NCBI GenBank assembly: GCA_963765495.1
Contig: CAVXWP010000008.1
Location: 32,001-96,000 of the forward strand
DNA from: Blastocatellia bacterium
GTDB lineage: Bacteria > Acidobacteriota > Blastocatellia > UBA7656
Direction of reading: 5' to 3'
DNA length: 64,000 nt
Numbering within the stretch: the stretch's first letter is position 1; each line of letters opens with the position of its first letter. Shown here piece by piece: positions 19,741 through 28,264 of this stretch. The notes beneath the pieces are model-generated. The model did no database searches and was not told where the DNA came from. It saw only the letters and a program-made list of their open reading frames with translations. Position numbers and translations under genes: made by a program.

Positions 19741-22578
19741 TCACAATACATCGCGCAGGAAATGCCCCGTATGCGAGGCCGGGGATTTGATGATTGCTTC
19801 GGGGGGGCCTTCTACGACTATCCGCCCGCCTTCGTCGCCGCCTTCGGGGCCGAGATCGATTATCCAGTCGGCGCTCTTGATGACATCCAGATTATGCTCG
19901 ATTATGACTATCGAACCGCCCGCCTCGATCAATTGCTTGAAGGCCATCAGCAGCTTGTTTATGTCGTCGAAATGAAGCCCGGTCGTCGGCTCATCAAAGA
20001 TGTAAAGCGTGCGGTCGCCCGATCTTTTCGAGAGAAATGCCGCGAGCTTTACGCGCTGCGCCTCTCCTCCCGATAGAGTCGTAGCCGATTGTCCCAGCCG
20101 CAAATATCCGAGCCCCACATCGTCGAGCACCCTGAGCCGCGAGGCGATTCGATTGACGCTCGAGAAAAACAACAACGCTTCGCGCACAGTCATATTGAGA
20201 ACATCGTGTATGGAGCGCCCTTTATATTTCACATCAAGCAGGGCAGGCTTGAACCGCATCCCCTTGCACTCTTCACAGGTCAACTCGACATCTGCCAGAA
20301 ACTGCATCTCTTTTACTTCAATGCCGTTTCCCTCGCATCTGTCGCAACGCCCGCCCGGCACGTTAAAGCTGAAATGAGAAGCCTCGAACCCGTGCGCCTG
20401 AGCCTCACGCGTCTGAGCGAAAAGGTCGCGTATCGCATCGTAGACCTTTATGTAAGTGACCGGATTCGAGCGCGGTGTGCGACCAATCGGAGACTGATCT
20501 ACAAGCACAACGTCACTGACATTATGAATGCCTTCCAGCCTTGCGAATGAGCCCACGTGGCCGGTCCATTCGCCTCGCTGTTTCTTGATGCCTGCGTACA
20601 GGATGTCGTGCACAAGCGTAGACTTTCCCGAACCCGACACGCCCGTAATGCAAACGGTCAGGCCGAGAGGAATCTTTACATCAATGCCTTTCAGATTATG
20701 CTCGCTTGCTCCGCATACTTTTATCGCCAGAGCGCCCGGCTCTCGTCTGGTTTTCGGCGCTTTTATCTCAAGCTCGCCGCGCATGTATTTGCCCGTAAGC
20801 GACTGTCCCTTTGCGAGCATCTCTGTGGGTGTTCCGGCAAACACCGCCTCTCCGCCAAGCTCGCCCGCGCCCGGTCCGATGTCGATGATATGATCGGCCG
20901 ATCTTATCATCTCAGGCTCGTGCTCTACGACGAGGACCGTGTTTCCAATATCGCGCAGATTTTCCAGTATGCGAATTAACCTTTGATTGTCGCGGGCGTG
21001 CAAACCTATTGAAGGCTCGTCAAGCACATAGAGAGCGCCGACGAGCGAGGCTCCGAGATTTGTAGCGAGCTGAATGCGTTGCGCCTCACCGCCCGATAGA
21101 GTCGAGGCAAGTCGGTCGAGGGTAAGGTATTGGAGGCCGACATTATTCAAAAACTTCAGCCGATTGCGAATCTCTTCAAGCAAGCGCCCCGCTATATCCG
21201 CCTGCTCGGTATCAAGCCTAAGCTGATCAAAGAACTCTGCGGCTCCGGCGGCTGTCATAGAAGCGACTTCGGGCAGGGTCTTTCCGCCTACGTGAACAAG
21301 ACGAGCCTCAAGGCGGAGCCGCGCTCCACCGCAATCCGGGCAGAGCGTGTATCCGCGATACTTCGACAGAAAGACGCGGACGTGAAGCTTATATTTTTTG
21401 GTTTCGAGCCAGTCAAAAAAACCCAATACGCCATCAAATCCGTTGCGCCCCCCTATGATCTGGTCCTGCTGATCTCGGCTCAACTGGCCGAAAGCGGTAT
21501 TTGTAGGAATCTTCTCCTGTTTGCAAAACCTTATAAGGTCCTTCTGCGCCCACTGATACTGCGGTTTCATCCACGGCTCGACAGCCCCCTGCTGGAGGCT
21601 CAACTCACGGTTTGGTATCACAAGGTCCATATCCAGACCTATCGTGTTTCCAAAGCCCTGACAGGTAGGGCATGCGCCAAACGGGCTGTTGAAACTGAAC
21701 AGACGCGGCTCGGGCGCGGCGTACTTGATATTGCATCGCTTGCATTCGAACCCTTCGGAAAACTGCATCCTTACGCGCGTCTCATCAGCCGTTTCAATTA
21801 CGGCCTGCCCGTGCCCTTCCTGATAGCAGATTTCTAGCGAATCAATCAATCTGGCCCGAACATCGGGCCTTACCACAAGCCGGTCAACCAGAACAAATGT
21901 GTCGTCAAACGACGTTTCTTCAAAACTATCGGGCGTGGCAAGCTCTATCACGCGGCCCTCTTTGTAAAGCCGCGTAAACCCGCGTTGCATGAGACTCATC
22001 AGGTGAGCCTTGATTCGTGTCTGCTGGCTCGGGGCCGTTTTGCGGGCGGATTTTTTCTTCTTTGACTTCCCGCCGTTAGAACTTGCCTGAATCTCTTCCA
22101 TCCCGGCGCTTGCCGGAAACAGCACATAGATGCGCGTGCCTTCGGCAAGCCTCAGCACTTCGTCGGCTATCGAATCGGGAGTATCGCGCGTGACTTCAAG
22201 CCCGCAATTTGCGCAAAGGGTCACACCTATTCGGGCGTAGAGCAGTCGCAAGTAATCGTATATTTCGGTCTGCGTCGCCACGGTCGAGCGCGGGTTGCGA
22301 GTCGCATTCTTTTGCCTGATCGAAATCGGCGGGCAGATGCCTATCACCTCGTCTACATCCGGCTTATCCATCCGCTCAAGAAACTGTCGAGCATAGGCCG
22401 AGAGGCTTTCGACATAGCGCCTCTGACCTTCGGCGTAAATCGTATCGAATGCCAGGCTTGATTTGCCGCTCCCGCTCACACCCGTAATCACTGTGAGCCT
22501 GTCCACAGGTATATCTACGTCAATGTTTTTGAGATTGTGAACACGTGCGCCACGAACGCTAATGACTTCTTCGGACAT
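19741..22578 (-). CDS. uvrA: Excinuclease ABC subunit A
   Basis: GARVHNLK, two Walker A (GVSGSGKS), Zn fingers, LSGGEAQR twice. Confidence 0.97.
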   Translation of the reverse strand: MSEEVISVRGARVHNLKNIDVDIPVDRLTVITGVSGSGKSSLAFDTIYAEGQRRYVESLSAYARQFLERMDKPDVDEVIGICPPISIRQKNATRNPRSTVATQTEIYDYLRLLYARIGVTLCANCGLEVTRDTPDSIADEVLRLAEGTRIYVLFPASAGMEEIQASSNGGKSKKKKSARKTAPSQQTRIKAHLMSLMQRGFTRLYKEGRVIELATPDSFEETSFDDTFVLVDRLVVRPDVRARLIDSLEICYQEGHGQAVIETADETRVRMQFSEGFECKRCNIKYAAPEPRLFSFNSPFGACPTCQGFGNTIGLDMDLVIPNRELSLQQGAVEPWMKPQYQWAQKDLIRFCKQEKIPTNTAFGQLSRDQQDQIIGGRNGFDGVLGFFDWLETKKYKLHVRVFLSKYRGYTLCPDCGGARLRLEARLVHVGGKTLPEVASMTAAGAAEFFDQLRLDTEQADIAGRLLEEIRNRLKFLNNVGLQYLTLDRLASTLSGGEAQRIQLATNLGASLVGALYVLDEPSIGLHARDNQRLIRILENLRDIGNTVLVVEHEPEMIRSADHIIDIGPGAGELGGEAVFAGTPTEMLAKGQSLTGKYMRGELEIKAPKTRREPGALAIKVCGASEHNLKGIDVKIPLGLTVCITGVSGSGKSTLVHDILYAGIKKQRGEWTGHVGSFARLEGIHNVSDVVLVDQSPIGRTPRSNPVTYIKVYDAIRDLFAQTREAQAHGFEASHFSFNVPGGRCDRCEGNGIEVKEMQFLADVELTCEECKGMRFKPALLDVKYKGRSIHDVLNMTVREALLFFSSVNRIASRLRVLDDVGLGYLRLGQSATTLSGGEAQRVKLAAFLSKRSGDRTLYIFDEPTTGLHFDDINKLLMAFKQLIEAGGSIVIIEHNLDVIKSADWIIDLGPEGGDEGGRIVVEGPPEAIIKSPASHTGHFLRDVL

Positions 22579-22682
22579 CTTACCCCGCTTGTCGGAAATC
22601 TATGAGCTGCATGCGAGCCCTGAGGCTCTAAAGCGAACCCACAATTTTAACATTTCTGAGGAGGCCGAAGCAATTTGCAGAC

Positions 22683-22894
22683 GAGCAGTTTTGACCGGCA
22701 GGCATTCGGCGTCAGTGGAGTTAAAAGTTCATTTGAGGGGAAGGTAGGTGCGGATAGGCCGGGACAGACGCGGATCGGGCGGATCTACGCGGATCTGATC
22801 GTGTTTGATCTAATCCGCGAAAATCCGCCCGATCCGCGTCCGTCCCGGCCTATTTCAACTTCCTGTTTTACATTTTGAAAAACCGAACGGTCAG
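22683..22894. mobile_element. Family A element, inverted copy
   Basis: Inner palindrome 22754-22853; AAAACCGAACGG 22879-22890; flanks match the reverse complement of the 10562-10783 copy; left end degenerate. Confidence 0.6.
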
Positions 22895-22900
22895 ATCCAA

Positions 22901-23644
22901 TTATTTGCCTTTTGCAGGAGGCTGGAAGAATTTTTTCACCTCGCCCGGTTTTAGCTCTCTATACCGGCCCGAAGCGAGGCCCTTTTCGGAGAGGTGGCCT
23001 ATGCTGATGCGGCGAAGTTTTGTAACTGAATGGCCGATGGAATCAAACATACGGCGTATCTGCTGATTTTTGCCTTCGTGCAGTATTACCTCAAACCACG
23101 CGTTACCGCCTTCATTTGTGCGTTTGACCATCCTGATTTCAATCGGCGCGGTGCGCCCCGGAGATATGCGGATACCCCGTCGCAGGCGATCTATCTGCTC
23201 AACGGGAGGTGTGCCTTTGACTTTCACCAGATAGACTTTAGGCACGGTTTTCTCTTTTGTTATGAGTCTGGTCAATTCGCCGTCGTTTGTCAGGATGATC
23301 AAGCCTTCGGTGTTGAAATCCAGACGGCCTACCGGGTGCAGGCCGCGCCGCTCTGAGGCGGGAATAAGGTCCATCACAAGTGGGCGTTGTTTTGGGTCCA
23401 CAAGCGACGAGAGGTACCCCCGAGGTTTATGGACTAAAAAATATTTCTTCTCTCTAGCCGACACATGAGGGTTTATAAGTTTTCCCCTGACCTTGATATG
23501 ATCGCGTCCGGCATCCGCCTTTGAGCCAAGCTCGGTCACGCGCCTGCCGTTTACAGTGACCTCGCCGCGCAGGATCATCTCTTCGGCGGCCCTGCGCGAG
23601 CCGAGACCCGCAGCCGCGATTATTTTCTGAAGACGTTCTTCCAC
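22901..23644 (-). CDS. rluB: rRNA pseudouridine synthase (RluB/RsuA family)
   Basis: S4 domain RLQKIIA...SRR, GRLD, EGKNQQIRRM; follows scpB. Confidence 0.88.
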   Translation of the reverse strand: MEERLQKIIAAAGLGSRRAAEEMILRGEVTVNGRRVTELGSKADAGRDHIKVRGKLINPHVSAREKKYFLVHKPRGYLSSLVDPKQRPLVMDLIPASERRGLHPVGRLDFNTEGLIILTNDGELTRLITKEKTVPKVYLVKVKGTPPVEQIDRLRRGIRISPGRTAPIEIRMVKRTNEGGNAWFEVILHEGKNQQIRRMFDSIGHSVTKLRRISIGHLSEKGLASGRYRELKPGEVKKFFQPPAKGK

Positions 23645-24178
23645 TTAACTCCCCATCAAATCTTCGAAGTCTTCCAGGTTTGGAAGCTCCGACAGATCGC
23701 TCAAACCGAAATGTATCAGGAATTCTTTTGAAGTCCCGTACATCATCGGGCGACCGACCACCTGTTTGTGCCCGCGAGCGACGATTAGCCTCCGGTCGAG
23801 CAATGTCTTTATGGCAGATGTCGAAGTTACGCCGCGAATTTCAAGGATTTCAGGTATGGTTATCGGCTGTTTGTAGGCGATGACCGCAAGCGTCTCAAGC
23901 GCCGCGAGCGATAATCGCGCCGAAGGCTGAGCCTTCAGATACCGGCGCACATATTCGCTGTATTCAGGCCGCGTAGAGATTCGATATCCGCCCGCGATCA
24001 AGCGCAACTCAAGCCCGCTTGCGCGGGCGTTGAACTCTTCCATCAACTGCTCGCAGCAGGCTTCGATATATTCCAGCGGCTCGTCTTCGATAAGATCGGC
24101 AAGCTGGCGCGCGCTTATCGGGTCTTCGGAAACGAAGATCAAGGATTCGAGAATCGGCTTCAGTTCTTCAATCGTCAT
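23645..24178 (-). CDS. scpB: SMC-Scp complex subunit ScpB
   Basis: LSLAALETLAVIAYKQPIT, IRGV, GRP..YGT...FL..FGL. Confidence 0.95.
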   Translation of the reverse strand: MTIEELKPILESLIFVSEDPISARQLADLIEDEPLEYIEACCEQLMEEFNARASGLELRLIAGGYRISTRPEYSEYVRRYLKAQPSARLSLAALETLAVIAYKQPITIPEILEIRGVTSTSAIKTLLDRRLIVARGHKQVVGRPMMYGTSKEFLIHFGLSDLSELPNLEDFEDLMGS

Positions 24179-24185
24179 GGCTTTC

Positions 24186-24251
24186 TGATGCGTGAGATGA
24201 ATAGTTGATGAATCTCGGTCAGTTGTCTGAAAATCACGCCTCACGCTTCAC
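24186..24251. repeat. Degenerate family B element in the scpA-scpB gap
   Basis: TGATGCGTGA ... GTCTGAAAATCACGCCTCACGCTTCAC; the arm supplies the scpA stop. Confidence 0.55.
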
Positions 24252-25004
24252 TAACATTATCTCCCCGAATAGCTCTCGCTGGACCAGGCGTACGGCAAGC
24301 TCTTTTACCAGTTCGAGCACCGACAGAAATATCAAGACAAGCTCGCGCCGCGTTTGCGCCCGTTCGAAAAGTTCGCGCACGCGCACCTCTGTCCCGCCCG
24401 CAAGCCGCGATTTGATCTCGATTATCTTTTCCGCCATAGTCATCTCATCGCGGGCGATCTCGATTTCAGTGATCGCCTTGCGGCGGTTCAGAACCTCTCT
24501 GAAAATTTCGAACAACTGAAAAGTAGTGGCGGCGATCTCCGGGTTGCTCTTATCTTCCTCGATGGCCGCGCGAGTAAAGGTTGCGGATTCTATAGTCGCT
24601 CGCTGGTGCAGCACGTTGGCTGCGGCCTTGAATTTCTGATGTTCGAGCAATTGATAAACAAGCTCTTTGCGCGGGTCTTCGATCTCATCTTCGGGCGCAT
24701 CTGGATCGCGCGGGAGCAGCATCTGAGACTTGATTTGAATCAACGTGGCCGCCATTACCAGGAACTCGCCTGCAACCCCTATATCGAGTTCCTCGAGAGC
24801 CGCCAGGTGTTGAAGGTATTGCTCGGTTATGCGCGCAATGGGGATGTCGTAAATCGAAACCTCTTCCTTGCGGATGAGGTACAGAAGAAGGTCGAGCGGC
24901 CCTTCAAAGACTTCGAGTCTTACCTTATACTGTTCGCCCTCGCCTGCAAGCGGCGGCTCAAGGGGCAACCCGGTCTCTTCGGATGTTGATAATGTCTCTT
25001 CCAT
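24234..25004 (-). CDS. scpA: Segregation/condensation protein ScpA
   Basis: FEGPLDLLLYLI, IKSQMLLP, FLSVLELVK. Confidence 0.95.
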   Translation of the reverse strand: MEETLSTSEETGLPLEPPLAGEGEQYKVRLEVFEGPLDLLLYLIRKEEVSIYDIPIARITEQYLQHLAALEELDIGVAGEFLVMAATLIQIKSQMLLPRDPDAPEDEIEDPRKELVYQLLEHQKFKAAANVLHQRATIESATFTRAAIEEDKSNPEIAATTFQLFEIFREVLNRRKAITEIEIARDEMTMAEKIIEIKSRLAGGTEVRVRELFERAQTRRELVLIFLSVLELVKELAVRLVQRELFGEIMLVKREA

Positions 25005-25034
25005 TCTCAAATCTCAAATCTCAAATCTCAAATC
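25004..25034. repeat. Family C heptamer array (ATCTCAA)x4
   Basis: Fills the whole trpS stop to scpA start gap. Confidence 0.85.
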
Positions 25035-26073
25035 ATCTGGGCCAGTCCATCTTGATTGCGTGGCGCACTTCGGTCATGGTTCGTTCGGCTTCCGCGCGAG
25101 CCGCGCGCGAGCCTTCCTCTATTACTGCTATGACCTGATCCGGGTTCTCGCGCAGTTGGCGGCTGCGCTCGGCAATGCTGCCGTATCGCGCGATGATCGA
25201 ATCGGCAAGCGCCCGCTTGCGGTCTACGCACCCTATTCGGGCGTTGCGGCAGTCGTCATCGAAACTGTCTGCCACTTCCTGGTCCACAAAGAAGCGGTGC
25301 ATCTGGCAAACATCGCAGCTTTCGGGGTGGCCCGGGTCTGTGCGGCGAATGCGTGTGCGGTCGGTTATCATCTGTCGCGCCTTTTCGCGAACCACATCGG
25401 CGGAGTCAACAAGATATATCGCGTTGCCGTAGCTTTTCGACATCTTTCGTCCGTCGGTTCCCGGCAACACCGGAACCTCGGTGTGAATCTCTTTCGGTTC
25501 AGGGAAGACCGGCCCGTAAAAATTGCTGAAGCGCCGAACTATTTCTCGCGTAAGCTCCACGTGCGAAGCCTGATCTTTGCCTACCGGAACATAATCGGCC
25601 TTGTACAATACGATGTCGGCCGCTTGCAGCACGGGGTAGCCGAGGAAGGCGTAATTGCCTATGTCTTTGTCGGTGATGTTTTCGCGCTGTTCCTTGTAGG
25701 TAGGCACGCGTTCCAGCCAGCCGAGCGGGGTAAAGGCCGAAAGGATCAGGTGTAATTCGGCGTGTTCCGGCACGATTGATTGGACGAATATGGTCGAGCG
25801 TTCGGGGTCAAGCCCCGCCGCAAGCCAGTCACTCACCATATCCATCGTATTCTGCTTGATCTTGCTCGTATCCGCGTAATCGCTTGTCAATGCGTGCAGA
25901 TCGGCGATAAAGAAGAAGCACTCGTACTCGCCCGAATCCTGGAACTTGATCCAGTTTTTGAGCGCGCCCTCGAAGTTTCCAAGATGGAGATTCCCGGTCG
26001 GGCGCATCCCGCTCACTATTCGCTTTTTTGGCGGGGTAGATTCGTTTATGATTTCAAGCTCGTTCTCAGACAA
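25033..26073 (-). CDS. trpS: Tryptophan--tRNA ligase
   Basis: SGMRPTG, HLGN, YPVLQAADI, VPVGKDQ, KMSKS. Confidence 0.97.
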   Translation of the reverse strand: MSENELEIINESTPPKKRIVSGMRPTGNLHLGNFEGALKNWIKFQDSGEYECFFFIADLHALTSDYADTSKIKQNTMDMVSDWLAAGLDPERSTIFVQSIVPEHAELHLILSAFTPLGWLERVPTYKEQRENITDKDIGNYAFLGYPVLQAADIVLYKADYVPVGKDQASHVELTREIVRRFSNFYGPVFPEPKEIHTEVPVLPGTDGRKMSKSYGNAIYLVDSADVVREKARQMITDRTRIRRTDPGHPESCDVCQMHRFFVDQEVADSFDDDCRNARIGCVDRKRALADSIIARYGSIAERSRQLRENPDQVIAVIEEGSRAARAEAERTMTEVRHAIKMDWPR

Positions 26074-26090
26074 CTTTATTACCCTTTCGA

Positions 26091-26783
26091 TCAGGCCAGC
26101 AGCAATCTCAATATGAATATGGCTACCGGGGAGAAAATCACATCCAGCACCCGCAAGTACAACAAAATAATCAATAATAAAAAGCCGTATGGTTTTATCT
26201 GGTCGAAGGCCTGCGCCATCTCGTAAGGAAGCAGGCTTTCAAGCACATGGCTGCCGTCGAGAGGCGGGATAGGAATCAGATTGAAAATGCCGAGCGCCAG
26301 ATTCAGTATCAACATAATGCTCAGAAGCATCACGAGCGGCTGCATAAAAGCCGGCTGACCCGACACCGGCACAAGTATATCGTAATAGCTGGTAATGCTT
26401 TGATTGGTCGTCAGAATGCCGCTGAGGAGCATTATCTTGAGAGCAATGAAAGCAATTATCACCAGTATGAAATTGCTGATCGGTCCCGCCGCTGAAACAC
26501 AAATATTTGCCTTATTCTTGTCTCGCCACAATAGCGGGTTTGTCTCTACCGGTTTTGCCCAGCCGAGCAGAGGAACGCTCGTGAATATCATTATGAGCGG
26601 AAAGACTATTGTTCCTATGGGATCAATATGAGCGATAGGGTTTAGCGTAATGCGGCCCTGATGTCTGCCCGTGTAATCCCCGAACTTTTCTGATGTCCAG
26701 GCATGTGCCGATTCATGAAATGATAGGGAGAACAAAAACACTACGAACCATATAATAACGAAGCCAAAATCGATGTCTTTCAA
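26091..26783 (-). CDS. Site-2 protease (M50)
   Basis: HESAH, GWAKPV, AGPISN, NLIPIPPLDG. Confidence 0.93.
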   Translation of the reverse strand: MKDIDFGFVIIWFVVFLFSLSFHESAHAWTSEKFGDYTGRHQGRITLNPIAHIDPIGTIVFPLIMIFTSVPLLGWAKPVETNPLLWRDKNKANICVSAAGPISNFILVIIAFIALKIMLLSGILTTNQSITSYYDILVPVSGQPAFMQPLVMLLSIMLILNLALGIFNLIPIPPLDGSHVLESLLPYEMAQAFDQIKPYGFLLLIILLYLRVLDVIFSPVAIFILRLLLA

Positions 26784-26827
26784 TCTTTCCCACTCCTGTG
26801 GCTACAGTAAACAAAATTCAAAAAAAG

Positions 26828-26856
26828 AAGCTAGCACGCGCTCCAGCACGTGTCAA
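26828..26856 (-). promoter_or_regulatory. Sigma70 promoter of the S2P-trpS-scpAB-rluB operon
   Basis: TTGACA-17 nt-TAGCTT with extended TG. Confidence 0.65.
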
Positions 26857-26940
26857 ACGGGGCTTCTCTCGAAGAAACAGGCTTCAATCGTCCCCGGCTC
26901 GGGCAAATATCCGAAAGGTGTGAAGTCTGTGATTTGAATG

Positions 26941-27969
26941 TTAGAAAGGCCAATATCCTTCGATTCCAAGCGGCACACGAAATAGCTCGCGATTCGAGGC
27001 CACGATCATATTGCGCTGATCGTCAAAGCACAATCCGACAAGCCCCACCCCGGCCACGACCATCTCGGCTTCGACATCCGGCGTTACGCGAATTATGCCG
27101 CGATGCCCCCGACGACTGGCGGCCACATAGAGATTCCCCGCGCGGTCAAAGGCCAACCCTTGCGGTCGCCCAAGCCCCGTAAAAAAGCGCGTCATCTCTC
27201 CCTCCGGGCTTATCCGTATCACCGAATCAAAACTCGACAGCGTAGGCCCCGTCACATACAAATAACCGTCCGGCCCGAACGCCAGATGAAACGCCGCCAT
27301 GCTCGGCTCTATCGTGGCAAACGTGACAGGCTCGCCTATTTCATTGACCCTGTAAATCGTCCCGCTGCGGTCGCCTACGAACATTCGCCCGTCGCGGTCA
27401 AATGCGATGCCCGTGGCTATCCCAAGGTTACGCGCAAAGACTTCGGCCTCTTTGAAAGGTGTCACCCGATAAACCGAGCCGTCCAAACGGCTTGTGACAA
27501 ACATCTCGCCGTCAGGGCTGAATGCAAGTCCCGTAGGATTTACCACATCGGTCAGGAACGGTTCGCGCTGGCCGTCGGGCGTGATCTTATAAACTGAGAC
27601 GGGGACCTTTTGACCGCGCGCCCCCGAAAGAGTCGTGTATATCGCGCCGTTATCGCGGTCGTAGGCGGGATTTGCTACGGGGTGGAGTTCTCCGGCAAGC
27701 TTCTGGCCTATGATAAAGGCTTCGCCTTTACTTACGGTGCCGTTTGTTTCGAGGGTGATAGTGGTCTGTCCGCCTTCGATAAGATTGCTTGAAGGGACGG
27801 GCGCAATCACACGCCCCGACGAAGCGCTTACGGGGCGGGTCTCGGTTCCGCCGAATTTTACGCGAGCCTGTTCATAGGTCGAGAAGACGAAATCCCTACA
27901 GGTTATTATGATTTCGCCACCTTCTATGCCCGCACCCGGCACAAGACTTTCAATCACAGGCTGAGCCAT
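26941..27969 (-). CDS. IPT/TIG domain + SMP-30/NHL beta-propeller protein
   Basis: PVIESLVP..G..GG N-terminal IPT pattern; repeated PTGLAF/GIAFD/PQGLAFD blades. Confidence 0.75.
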   Translation of the reverse strand: MAQPVIESLVPGAGIEGGEIIITCRDFVFSTYEQARVKFGGTETRPVSASSGRVIAPVPSSNLIEGGQTTITLETNGTVSKGEAFIIGQKLAGELHPVANPAYDRDNGAIYTTLSGARGQKVPVSVYKITPDGQREPFLTDVVNPTGLAFSPDGEMFVTSRLDGSVYRVTPFKEAEVFARNLGIATGIAFDRDGRMFVGDRSGTIYRVNEIGEPVTFATIEPSMAAFHLAFGPDGYLYVTGPTLSSFDSVIRISPEGEMTRFFTGLGRPQGLAFDRAGNLYVAASRRGHRGIIRVTPDVEAEMVVAGVGLVGLCFDDQRNMIVASNRELFRVPLGIEGYWPF

Positions 27970-28058
27970 TCTAATTGCCTCTTATCTCTCTTCCTCATTG
28001 GTCAGTTAGAGATATATTACGATGAAGAGCGGACTATGTCCACACAGGCCCACGGAAA

Positions 28059-28092
28059 TGAGATTTGAGATTTGAGATTTGAGATCTCAAAT
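28059..28092. repeat. Family C heptamer array with palindromic centre
   Basis: (TGAGATT)x3 TGAGATCTCAAAT. Confidence 0.8.
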
Positions 28093-28264
28093 GAGTGGGT
28101 GTGAATGAAATCAGTTTCAAGCATGCCAGGTTTTTAAAAACGCAAATAGGGGAACTGAATGTTTCTGGTGATTCTGCCGCACAATGGCGGTAATTTCAGG
28201 AGTTTGTTAAAATCTGGCTTCCGAAACCAATCTGCGCGACCTCTTTGAGAGCGAGGCAATACAT

